Below are positions 51,301 through 62,495 of a stretch of 64,000 nt of DNA, piece by piece (the stretch's first letter is position 1; every line of letters starts with the position of its first letter). The stretch is taken from positions 18,104,001 through 18,168,000 of the forward strand of contig OZ193909.1 of NCBI GenBank assembly GCA_964276515.1, written 5' to 3'. The notes under the pieces are model-generated. The model had not been told where the DNA came from. It saw nothing but the letters and a program-made list of their open reading frames with translations, and did no database searches. Both the position numbers and the translations under genes were made by a program. The stretch is from Gordius albopunctatus (lineage: Eukaryota).

Positions 51301-54168
51301 AGCTTAAAAAAGGAAAATTTGGCCCGGGCCCGGCCCTAAACATTTTTTGAAAAACCCAGGCCCGGCCCGGGCCCGTAGAAAATTTTTTGCAAATTTTTAA
51401 ACGATTGTTATTTTTTTATTAAAAAGTTAATTCAATTTTCAGTAATATATGTTACAAACATCAATAATAATCATGTAAAAACAATAAATCGTTAATTATT
51501 TCCGGTCTTAATCGGGTTCTTCTTTCTTCTAATAAGCGACCAGCCGTCAAGTCTTACTTATAAAGTATCAATTCAAATTTCGCAGTACTTTTTGTAAATG
51601 TATGAATGAAAAAGGAAAAGTAAGTGTGTTTGTTTTGCGTATTATGACACAAAAAAAATAAATTTAAATTAATAAAAAACAGTTTAAATATAAGACGTTA
51701 AGTTCTAATTATTTTAAAGTATTTATTACTACACAAAAAATTAACTATTTTTCAACGAGCTTTTAACGGTCCTAGCTAAATCTAAGCCCGGCCCGCTTGA
51801 TTTGTCGGCCCGCCCAAGCCCGGCCCGTTGTTTCTTTAAAGTCCAAAGCCCGCCCATACCCGGTCCGCGGGCCGGGCCGTGCAGGTCTATATATATAAAA
51901 ACTTGGCAAGCTAGCCTACTAGATATCTCATATTATAAAAACAAATTTCGCTATTTTGTGTGGTTAAAAACGAAAATTAAAATAGGTGTGAAAGAAAAGG
52001 GGGGAAATTAAATTGTTATTTAGCCCAGGGTCAAAGCGTTTGAGAAAAAAATAATATTAGGCTTAAACTAAATTTTAATTAAATGTCAAGGTGCTCCGAG
52101 ACGACCTTGTAAGTCAATTATTTCTTATAGTAAGTGATTTCAAAAAAGCTACATTTTTCCTTGAATTATTTTACCTTTTTGAAGAGGGCGGCCAATTGAA
52201 TTTTTTGAAAAAATTTATCTTATATCATAGCGCCAGATAAACTCGTTCTCGTTCATATTCAAATTGATTGAGATAGTTGTTAAACCAAATTTTGGGGAAA
52301 AAACAAGATTAGTCGAATAATTGCAAAAAGAGAGCAGAGGCGAGCGTTAGTCTAAGTTGAGAACCCCAAAGGCCGGCCCGGCCCAGCCCAGCCGTTTTTA
52401 CGACACTAATTCTAAGCCTCCAAACTCCTGCCTCCTCTCCCTCGCTGTAAACTTATTTACAAACACACAATTTTCATGGGCGTCACCAGGTTTTGGATTA
52501 GAGGGGGGGAGGCAAACATACTTTTATTTTAATTTTTAAAAGGTTTTTGTATTGAAAAGCTATGTGCCCATGGATATTTTATGCAAGAGAAGTTTATTAA
52601 TTGCTATGCAATTTATGGGCCCGCTTTTTCCATTATATAAAGAATCGAAATTAAAGTTACTTTAAATTTCATTTTTAAAATAATAAAATTAAACGCACCT
52701 CCACAAAATAACTCTTATCCTTACCCAAAATCATCAGTTCCACTCTTTTAATTAAATGACTAAAAAAGCACGTCAAATTAAAAATACTTTGTCACAAAAT
52801 CTCATCTCAGTACAAAAGCAGATATTTTAACGATACTAAAAATGCAAGTTATTTGAAAGGTTTTATAAAACAATCTTTTTATTTTTTCTTAACCACTGCA
52901 TGTTTTTAACGAAAGATAGCGAAATTGGGTTTATAAAAGGGTTGGAAGCTAAAATTATCCAAACTTTTCTATTTTTTACCTAAATTTTGCATAAATTTCC
53001 CAGGTCGTTTATATAAAGTTTTAAGTTAATACATATTAATTTATTAATTGCTATACATACAAGTTATATATATGTTATAATCCAAAAAAATTTGTTGCCA
53101 AAATGTTCATATAAAATACGTCAAGCTACTCTAATGCCTAAAACCTGATTTAATTGCCAGGGGCGTTTTATTGCTTCTTAAGAATAGTTTTAGTGGAAAG
53201 ATGAATACCTATATTTCAGAGATGAAAATGTGATGCCAAAAAAGGAGAAATGGTTATAAATATAAAATTAAAAAAAAACTTTCATTTTGAAACTTACGTC
53301 TCAATTAAAATAGAAACTCAGCAAATTTTATTTTTAATAAAACCTAATTACACATTTAAAAAATTTAAACTTATTTATCTATTTAATTTTAAAGAACCCT
53401 TTTTGTGGTAAGATTCAGTTAAGCTGCTACCACAAAGACTGTCATGTAAAAATCAAGGTTACACCTATTAAGGTTTTGTGCATACAAATCACATAAATCA
53501 ATGTCATTTTAGCTCAGTTTCTATGTTTTGATGTGTATAAAGTGTTTAAATATAATTATCATTTTACGTTTAAGTTAAATAAGCCAATGACAAAAAAATT
53601 AAAAGTATTTTCATTACAAAAATGTGTTTTGAATGGTATAATTAATTATTAACTAACATTTAATTGGTTAGGATCTATTTTAAAACACTTTTTTTTAAAT
53701 GTAAAATGGCATAAGCAAAAATTCTTACTACTAAAAAAATGCTTACCAATGCCACTTTGTCTCCAATTTTTTTAAATTCAGAGATGAGGAAATTAGAGAG
53801 GGTGATGTTTGTTGGCAATATTAAATCAGAGTATTTACTCTCCAAAATTAGTTCACTTTCCTCCAGATGGTTCATATCTAAGGTAACGTTCGTAAGTCCA
53901 GGGGATGTCAATTGAATTTTTGGAATGCCAACATTTAAAAGATTGGAATCGCCATTAGGAATCTCTTTATTTGCTTCTGGATGAGTTGTATTGCTATTGA
54001 GATTTTTAGCTTTATAGGAAAATATAAAATAATCAAATGTTAAACATTTTAATTAATATAATAAATTTGATAAGTACCTTTGAAAGTTAATTGCTTCGTT
54101 AGATTAAAATTTTTATAACTATGACCACCCTTCTTTGAACTGGATAAGCAAGAGATACAATTGCCCAT
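42323..54168 (-). CDS. Luciferase/4-coumarate-CoA ligase-like AMP-binding (ANL) family protein, divergent and C-terminally truncated, 531 aa, 11 exons
   Basis: Exons (minus): 54168-54078, 54009-53747, 49328-49121, 47640-47534, 46416-46202, 45342-45174, 44642-44468, 43952-43852, 43052-42908, 42745-42651, 42349-42323; 1596 nt, all GT-AG, phase-consistent, no internal stop. Family strings: GDKVALVD, GLKQGEGVALVLDNCPE, AGGTVIFVNP, DIAAIFFTSG..PKGVMLSHFNI, GVILPNTLCKVID, LGPNRKGQMCIKGPQVFIGYL, DGWFFT. The first and last exons are less certain than the core. Confidence 0.85.
44154..44295. mobile_element. MITE family B copy
   Basis: TAGTCTTGTAAAAACGGCT...AGCCGTTTTTACAACACTA inverted termini. Confidence 0.75.
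45616..45769. mobile_element. MITE family B copy (TAGTGTTGTAAAAACGG TIR, hAT-like)
   Basis: TAGTGTTGTGAAAAGGGCTGG...CCAGCAGATTTTACAACACGA; 8-bp TSD CTTCAAAC/TTTCAAAC; internal TTTGGTCGACC/GACCAAA palindromic motifs. Confidence 0.8.
50041..50208. mobile_element. MITE family A copy
   Basis: CATGGGCATAGCTAG...CTGGCTATCCCCATA; 8-bp TSD TCAAAAGA/ACAAAAGA. Confidence 0.8.
51228..51891. mobile_element. hAT-like MITE related to the 37177-38193 element
   Basis: TIR TATAGACCTGCA...TGCAGGTCTATA with GGCCCG subterminal arrays; TSD ambiguous because both ends lie in TA runs. Confidence 0.78.
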
Positions 54169-56039
54169 TGTTATATATTTAAATATTAATAAAAGTTTGG
54201 ATTTTACATAATTAAGATTTGGTAAAAAAAATGAAAATGAATAGCAAACTGGTTTGGCAAACAACAAAAAATGAAACACTTAATTGACATAAACACCAAT
54301 CATATCATATACATAACAAATTAAGGCAATTTGCATACCCTGCCCTCACATGGATGGATCTTTTCAGCTGTTTTCAAAATTTAAGTCCCGTTATTTAATC
54401 CAGTAAAATATGTATAGATAAAACAGATCAATTAAAGTTAAAGCTTGTATTTGGTGCCAATATAAAAAAATCTAGCTATTTTTTAGTTTTTGATAGTTTA
54501 TTTTAAATATGCTAGTTTTACAGATATACTATTAAGTAATACATTGGTGCTTGAATAGCGAAAAAAAATTTCAATGCAAAAATACTTAATAAATTAAAAA
54601 AATTTAGGTTCCCCCCTCCCCAATTAAACTTTTAACGTTTTGTCCCCACCCAACCCAAAACCTGGCAACGCCATTAAGGTATATGTTGAAATGGTAATTA
54701 TTACACATTGACAAAAAGTTAATCGTAAAATATCTGGAAATAACTATTTAAAATTGCTATTAACATGACTTATACCGATAATAAATGCATAGCTAAAAGA
54801 ATGCGTAAATATTTAAATGATCAAAAATAAAGATGCATAATCTGTGAGTAAGTTTTAATTTATATTTAATTTAGGTCTTTTTATGCTATGTGCGTGACTT
54901 TCTTACACCCACAAAGTGTACAAACTTTGATCGAAATAACCATATAAGCGTCAAACAATTTATAATTAACAGTTTACTATAAAGCTTTATTTATAAATCT
55001 AACAGCTATTTAAGGGTTTCAAATAAAGTGTTATTATATGCCATATAATGTCTTTGCAAATCATAACAAAAATATAAAATATTTGTCTTTTATACTATAT
55101 CTATAATTTTTTGCTATATAGTTGCTATAAATTGTAAATCTAATGGTTAAACTCCTATAAACTCGTTCATTTTTTCCAAACTTAACTTTGTCTATTAAAA
55201 ATTGTTACAGATAAATATAGACTTATGTTTAACCTTTCCTTCATAATATTTTAAATAAATTTTCTCATGTGTTTCAATTCTTGATAGAACTAAATATGAA
55301 TTTCTCACTGCTTACTCTAACAAATTTTAAAATTAAAAAATTTACAAGCTTAATACAAATTCTATTTAAAGTTTATTTTACAGATATATCCGATTGTCTG
55401 TTATTTATTATAAGTCTACCGAATTGTCAAATACCAATTTGGGGGTATCGAAATTGTTGATTACGCAAATTGTCAGGCTTCAAACTTATTTCAAATACCA
55501 AATAAACTAATTTATTTATTTATGTGCGACTGCGAAATATACGCAATATATATATATATATATGATGCAATATATAATAATAATTCTAACTCATAATGAT
55601 CTTTCAATATGCGATGCGATAATATAATCGATAAGAAAAAAGTAATTAAAAATACGATATATTTATATCATAGAGATATTAACAAAAAATATGAATCATC
55701 ATAAATAGGAACGCGTATAACTAACTATATGTATTGGGGGGGGGGGGGGGGGGGGGGTAAATGAATATATAAAATTTTAGGATAGCGACCGAGAGGAGTA
55801 CACCACAAAGTCAAACGTGATGACCATCTAAAAAATTAATATATTAATAGGAAGGTTTTTATATAAATTTACTAAAGCTATTAGGTAAATTTCATAAATG
55901 TTAAGATCAGTTGAGTAAGATAAGGCTATAAAATATACTAACTAACTTATAGAGGTAAATTTGCAATAAATTAACGATGGAAAAGGGCAAAAGAATTGTA
56001 AGCCAATATTAATAATACTATTTTTTAAAAAAAATTGGC

Positions 56040-57620
56040 TAATACTATCTACGATGGTCCCAAGTGAGTGCGCAAAGAGTCGAAAACCGGCTGTAAACTC
56101 TCTCCAAAATAAGTTTAGTTTTAGATAAAACTTTACAACAGAAACAACGCCCACTGCGTATCCATCCCGCGCAATGTAAAAGATACAATGGGGTTACCGC
56201 TTGACTCACAACGAAGGCGGTCAATGGGTTTAGCTGTGGATAGAATGCGAATATTTTGCTGAAATGTAGGCTCATTGAGGAGATAGATAATAGCATCGAG
56301 GCGGCACAAATGTTCAAAAAAAGGTACACATTGCCTGTATAAATCTAGCATTGTTCAGACTTAATGTGGGTCAAGGCCTTTATGTGTGTGTCTGCTGCCC
56401 CAATTGTATGTATGGAATCAGAGTAATACATACTCTTTAATTAATTTAAAGAGGGAATACAAGGAATAGGACAGGAAGATAAGCTAATTATTGAGGCGGA
56501 ATTGAACGCTTACGTAGGAAAAGATCGCTTCGGATATGAATGAAATCATGGACTATGAACCTGAGAAGAGAAATGAAGAAAAAATGCTTCTTTGAGGATC
56601 CGAAGCATACGATACGGCAGGGTGATTGTTAACACGTATTTTAAAAAAATGTTTATAGAAGTGGTGAGCATTTTAATCAAATTGACTATTTGCTTATACG
56701 GGGATTTTAAGGTAATACGAGGAGAAGAAATCGTCAAGCAACATCATCCTTGTCATAGATCGTGAAAAACAAGTATTTTCGGAATTGAGAAAGGTTTTCG
56801 AATCTGTTATGAAAAGCTTAAGGATCGACGAACGATAAATATCATCAAAAACTCTTGGGTGTTAGAAAGTTGAAAATAACGTAGGCGAGGATTGGGGTTA
56901 TCTGCGGGTCTAAAGGATAGGCGATCGGGTTTCAGAACAAACCAAAGGGGGCAAACCAATGATTAAAGGACTGTGAATGGGATAAATTGGTTAGGGTACA
57001 AAAGGAAGAAAATTCTATACAGACGGTGGTATAAATCAAAAAATTTGAAGGACTATCAGGAAGGAGGTAAAAAAAAGTCGTGAAGAAGGTCATTGCAAAA
57101 AATGCTGCTTATACCGAAATGGGAAGCAAACTGGATCATAAAGAGGTCGACAGGCTTTTGGTCAAGAAAAGGGAGAAAGGTCGCGATAAGAGTCCATTAA
57201 ATATACAAAAGCGAGAAGGATCAAATCTTATTCATATTGAAAGAGGTGTAGGTGGAAAGGTTACTTCAAGAAGTTATGAATATTGCAAATGACAAAGATC
57301 CCCTCCTTACTGTTAAGCTAAACTAAAGTATGGTCAAACTCTTTCAGGAGAATGGGACACAAATAAACAAGATGGCATCAAGAAAATCTAATGGCCCAGA
57401 TGGAATACCATACCTATGAAAACATTGCTAGATGCCGTGAAGAATGATTTACGACCATGCCGAACCTCTTTACAAGATATTGGTAGAAGAACGAATTTCT
57501 AAACGCTGGAGAGCAGGCACGATTATATCCTTATTCAAAGGCGAAGGAGACCCTCAGGAATGTGGTAATTACAAAAGATTTGCCAATCCTTGAAATTTAT
57601 GGAAAGGATCTTTGTAAGAA
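56040..57620 (+). mobile_element. Decayed RTE-clade LINE (5' UTR, AP endonuclease, start of RT)
   Basis: Frameshifted or stop-containing motifs in the expected order: RMRIFC*NVGSL (~56242), EDKLIIEAELNAYVGKDRFGYE, IVNTYFKK, SGEHFNQIDYLLIR, KVIRGEEIVKQH, AKNAAY, KMASRKSNGPDGIP, RWRAGTIISLFKGEGDPQECGNY. Confidence 0.85.
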
Positions 57621-57663
57621 ATAATGTTACCGGTAAATTCACAATCGATCTAGCAGGGTCAAA

Positions 57664-59410
57664 CAATGGGCGTAGGTAGGGGGGGGGGGGCCAAAACGGT
57701 AATATTGACAAAAAATCTTTGACACTTTAAAAAATGATACAAATAGTTAAAAAACTATACAACAAAGTTTTTATAAAAATATTTAACAAAATTTAATTTT
57801 ACATATGCAGTATTGGCAACATTTTGAGGCAGCATTTATATCAGCAAAACAATGAGAACATTTAAAAGCCTTTTTTAAGGTTAGATCCTCAAAAGGCGAA
57901 ATTATAACATAAAATATGGAAAAAAATTAATTATGAAATTAAAATTCGTTCAAAAATGAGTATTTAGAAGTTATTGCCCTGATGATATTATAGATATATT
58001 CGCACAACCGCCCCCCTCCCCCTTTACATCACCTAAAAATTAAAATGAACAAATTTTACGGCTAAATTAACCTTAAAAATATTCTGTCAAAATTGAAAGA
58101 ATCAATAATATTTTAGATGAAATTAGAGATGTGAGATGCACAGAACAACTCAGCGTTAATCCAATGATGCACCAAAAGGATTTTTTTTTAGGATTTTTAT
58201 CCTTTTAAAGTTTTGATGCATTAATAATTTTCTATAAAATTTAGGAATTTTTTATTAATATTAATTTATCTAATGGGATATCACTAATGAAGGCGGAAAA
58301 AAGGGTGTGCAAACAATTTTTTGGAAACCTATTTGCTTTATATGTGCATGTGGTATATAAAAATATGCAAGATATGTTAAACAATGATGAGCGGACAAAT
58401 AAATTGAATCCGGGATGGAATTTTCGTAAATTTAATAATATTTTAACATATTTTGAAAGTTTTAAAAAGTTTAAAACAAGTTTAAAAGCCAAGATGATTT
58501 TTCATTAAATATTAAAATTAGTCTTTTAATAGTAGTTCATTACGCTTTTACACGATGTTGCAAACGAATTTATAATATCACTTGGTGGAATAACATTTAT
58601 AAATTCATGTTCTAAGCTCAATGAAGCTAAGGAAGATAACCTATCTTGTCCAATTGTGGAACGAGGATTAGTTTTAATCCGTTTTAGCAATGAGAACGAT
58701 CTTTGGCATGAACATGAAGTTATTGGGATAGTTAAAATTATTTTAAACAAAATAATAAAATTTGGAAACACTGTTGAGGGTAAAATTTTAATAAGTGAAA
58801 AAATATCATAACCTTTTATTTTATTCGAAGTTAAAGAATTATTATATATTACATAATTTTTTGCCATTATTATTTCGGCATCTTGCAGTTTTAATTCATA
58901 ATGGTTAAATACTTCTGATAAAAGAGATTTATCGCAAAAAAGGGGATGAAATGAAGAGTTTAAACTTTCTAAAGACTTATATAAATTACATATAATTTCT
59001 GAAAATCTTATGTTTATTTCTGCAATTATTCTATCGATGATAGGATAATATAAATCAATTTTGAAATCAATTAATGAATTGGTAAGTGTCTTAATTTTTT
59101 GATTTTATACTTTTCCATGGTAATTATAAAATATCAAAATTTGAAGTATGGAATTATGTCTACTCAGTATTTTATAAAATTTGCATCCTATATAGTCTTA
59201 TACAACATCTTTATTTGTAATAATATAATTTAAAGTTTTATTCAAAAACAAATAATTATAATCAACATATTGTTTCTTAATTAAAATAATATTAAAAAAA
59301 TTGCTTAAGCGGCCTAAAATTTTTAGGTTGAGAGGGCCCATGGGGTCCAGTTTTTGCCCTTTGGGGGGAGGGGGGCAGGCTCCTTTGGCCCCCACCTAGC
59401 TACACCACTG
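57664..59410 (-). mobile_element. Internally deleted hAT transposon retaining the transposase C-terminus
   Basis: Imperfect TIRs CAATGGGCGTAGGTAGGGGG (57664) and CAGTGGTGTAGCTAGGTGGGGG (reverse complement ending 59410) enclose a hAT transposase fragment. No matching TSD seen, so the two ends may not belong to one insertion. Confidence 0.6.
58526..59110 (-). pseudogene. hAT transposase C-terminal fragment (dimerisation domain; ZMYM1/Tip100-like)
   Basis: Stop-free frame of ~190 codons: FKIDLYYPIIDRIIAEINIRFS ... VFPNFIILFKIILTIPITSCSCQRSFSLLKRIKTNPRSTIGQDRLSSLASLSLE. The catalytic E of the ERSFS motif reads Q, and the N-terminal part is absent. Confidence 0.85.
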
Positions 59411-61463
59411 GGTAGGATGTTCGACATAATGATGGCAATAGAGCAAACCCTACGAATCAATCCTAGAAACGTGTTATTTTACGGAACTGAAACATGAATT
59501 CACCCTTTCTGAATTATTTTATTGATAAATTATTAAGACTTCACTTATTTTAAATGGAAATTATTGTGCAATATTAAAATTCAGACAAAATTTCGATCTT
59601 AGATATGTGCATCATCGACCTCCTGGCTTTGTATGAATGAATACTATAGCATAGGAATATGTAACTGTTTTTTCTATTTTGGTATAATTTTATAGAAATG
59701 AAATTTACAACCTTCTTATTTTTTTTTAATCTCCTATTTTTTTTATTAAATGAAACTATAAACAACTTATTAAATTGCAAATTATTTTATGAATTGTACT
59801 TTAATTTATTTATAACTATTTAACTTTGTTTTCTTTTTGATGACAAATTAATTTCCACTAATGTATTTTATCATTTTGCCCATAACCGAATAAAAGACTG
59901 CTTTGATATATACATTAAATTATGGTTAGTTGTCAGTAAAAGAGTTATAAAAAATTGGATTTGTTTCTCGCCTTCTTATTACGATAATGGTTAAAAGTAG
60001 GCGAAAAATGTAAAATCTATATTTGAAATTAAAATTTTAATTAAATGTCCTAAGGTAAAGTCAAGCTAAATTTTTTGATAGAGAAGACTTTGCAAAGGTA
60101 ACCTAATAGTTCAAAAGTTGATTTTTCCAAAATGATTGCATCTAAAAATTTAGTAATTTTTAAAGATAAAAAAATTACAATTAGTATATAAAGTAAATAC
60201 AAATAATAACGCTATAGTTTTGGTCACTTTATCTGGTGCATGCTTTGGACAAAACATCTATTTTTTGCAAAATGATCTCGCAAAGCATTCCATGAGCGGA
60301 GTTAGGATTGAACGAGAGGGGACAAGGGGTTTTGTAATAATTTAAGGATTCGTAAATATTTCTCCAAAATCAAACGATAACATTCTCAGCTATACTAAAT
60401 TTAAATCCAAATCTTAATATTTATTTTAATTTAGGTTACGATTCAGCATATTGATTAGTGTGCCCTTTTAATTAATATCCTGGCAACGTCCGTGTGTGCA
60501 TAGACAATTTAGAATTTAGAAGGGGGGATCTCCTTTCACTCTCTTCCCAATCCTGTCTTTAAAATAATGCATAATCTAAGCATTATTATATTACAATAAT
60601 TAGATAAAATTTAAATTCATTGGGCACATTTATAATTTGAAATACTCTAATTTCTTAATAATAAAAGCGTTCCTTTATATTTAAATTTTAATACGACGAT
60701 GGGCTTAGCAAAAATATATGAGGGGGGGGGGTGAGGAATGAAGACTTTTGTATATAATTTTATAATAATTTTGCAACGAAGATACAAATTTAAAAATCTT
60801 TCGGAATTTCTCTAATAAATGTATTTAAAATCAATTGACAGGTTGACGTCATCGCTGCTCATTTATATTAAGCTCTCTAATTCTACCTTTATCGTCTCTT
60901 CATGTATGCGCGCGCTGATTATAACAACAAAAAAATCAATTAATACCCCACTTTCTACCTCCCTCCCTTTGCCTGCACTAATAAATATAAAATAAGGACG
61001 CACTTAGTAGGAGGAAGAGAGCAGCTATATGGCTAAAGTAGATTTTAGTGCACTCAAAAGTACCTATTGCTAGCTCCTGCTGTTTAAGTTGAATGCATTG
61101 CATGCAGTTTCCGATCTTATTGCGAGATTTTGCAAGGGGGAGGAGAAATGGCTTTTAACATGCCATGATGGAATGGCAGAAAAATCAATCAATGGCATTG
61201 ATAAAGCTAGATTGACTGGCTCACATCCACCACTTACTATAGAAGCTCGTTTGATAGCGTATTTGCCTTAAAGCTTTCGCCTCCAAGCCACTATAGGGTT
61301 GAAGAAATCTTCTTCTTCTTGTTTCTATGATAAATATATTTTTTTACCCATTAGACCATGAGAATTCTTATGTATTTTTTGAAAATTTAAGCTAACTTTT
61401 ATTAGCTTTTGATATCAGAAACTTAAAAGTTTCCTCTTTTTTTGGTATTGGGTCTAACTTTAT

Positions 61464-61635
61464 CCTGGGCGTATCCAAGGGGGGGGCAGAGAGGGGCAGT
61501 TGCTCCCCTCTAAACTCAAATAATTGTTGAAATTTATTAAAATTATGACTAAAATTTCAAAAAAGATATTATTTTGCCCCTCCATTAATCATTATTGCCC
61601 CTCCCCCGTCTAATCCCAATGCTGGTACGCCCCTG
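61464..61635. mobile_element. MITE family A copy
   Basis: CCTGGGCGTATCCAAGG...CTGGTACGCCCCTG with the family core. Confidence 0.75.
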
Positions 61636-62332
61636 ATCGTTATCAACAATGTTCAAAATATTTTATAAAAAATTAATAATATAGCCGATGTTTTTTCTGG
61701 AAACCCTTCCCTCCCCCCCCCCCTCAAATTTTTAAAGGGATTTAAAAGCGAAAAATATAAATTGTGTGGGAAAATATGTAACGGATTTTGTTCCCATTTT
61801 CCATGCTAGGCTATAAAAATGTAATTAAATTAGGGTACTCCCCTTCCGCTATAATTGACAATGATAGGTGTTTGCTCAGTATATTTAACACGATAATTAC
61901 ATTAACGTCAAACCTAGAAACATTTGGTTTGAGTACCCTTTTTTAGTTATTTTACAAAAATTAATTTATATCACATTGTAAGGACAGCATTTCTCATATA
62001 ATTTTTACACAATTTTCCAATTTTTTTTAAAAATGATTTATTATATATGCTTTATAGACTTTTTTAATGATATTTCCTATTATGGGTCAAACTCAAGTTA
62101 TAACCCGGCGGGAGAACTAACCCAGAATTCAAGTGGTTATATGATACCATATTGAAAAGTCTATAAAAACCTCAAATGTTGTAACATCTTTTTTTGTAAA
62201 TATCATATTTTTATGTTACTCAATAAAGTGTCAACGGGGCAGGTTAGCCACTATAATGTTAAATTTATTATTTAATCGCAATCGCAATTTTGTTTTTAAA
62301 TATATATAAATCGAAAAATCAATCTACAAGTT

Positions 62333-62495
62333 CGTGGGGGTAGCCAAAAGTGGTAGGGAGGGGCGGCTGCCCAATCTAAATCCAAAAATTGTTGTAATTT
62401 ATTAAAATTATGGCTAAAATTTCAAAAATTATCATTTTGTCACTCGCTAAATCATTATTTCCCCCCCTCTAATTTATATGTTGGCTACACCCATG
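62333..62495. mobile_element. MITE family A copy
   Basis: CGTGGGGGTAGCCAA...TTGGCTACACCCATG with the family core. Confidence 0.75.

Noticed and set aside
42323..54168. Calling the ANL-family gene a functional luciferase (bioluminescence) or a horizontally acquired gene
   Set aside because: Catalytic motifs and the C-domain are absent. The gene has 10 introns and belongs to a family widespread in animals; somewhat higher exon GC alone is not evidence of transfer.
55736..55756. Long poly-G tract (also ~31020-31034) as a functional G-quadruplex
   Set aside because: G/C homopolymers are common in this window, mostly within MITE ends, and are prone to sequencing error; nothing indicates function.
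61000..61320. GC-richer patch with a 60-aa ORF
   Set aside because: No recognisable motif or splice context; probably a decayed repeat.
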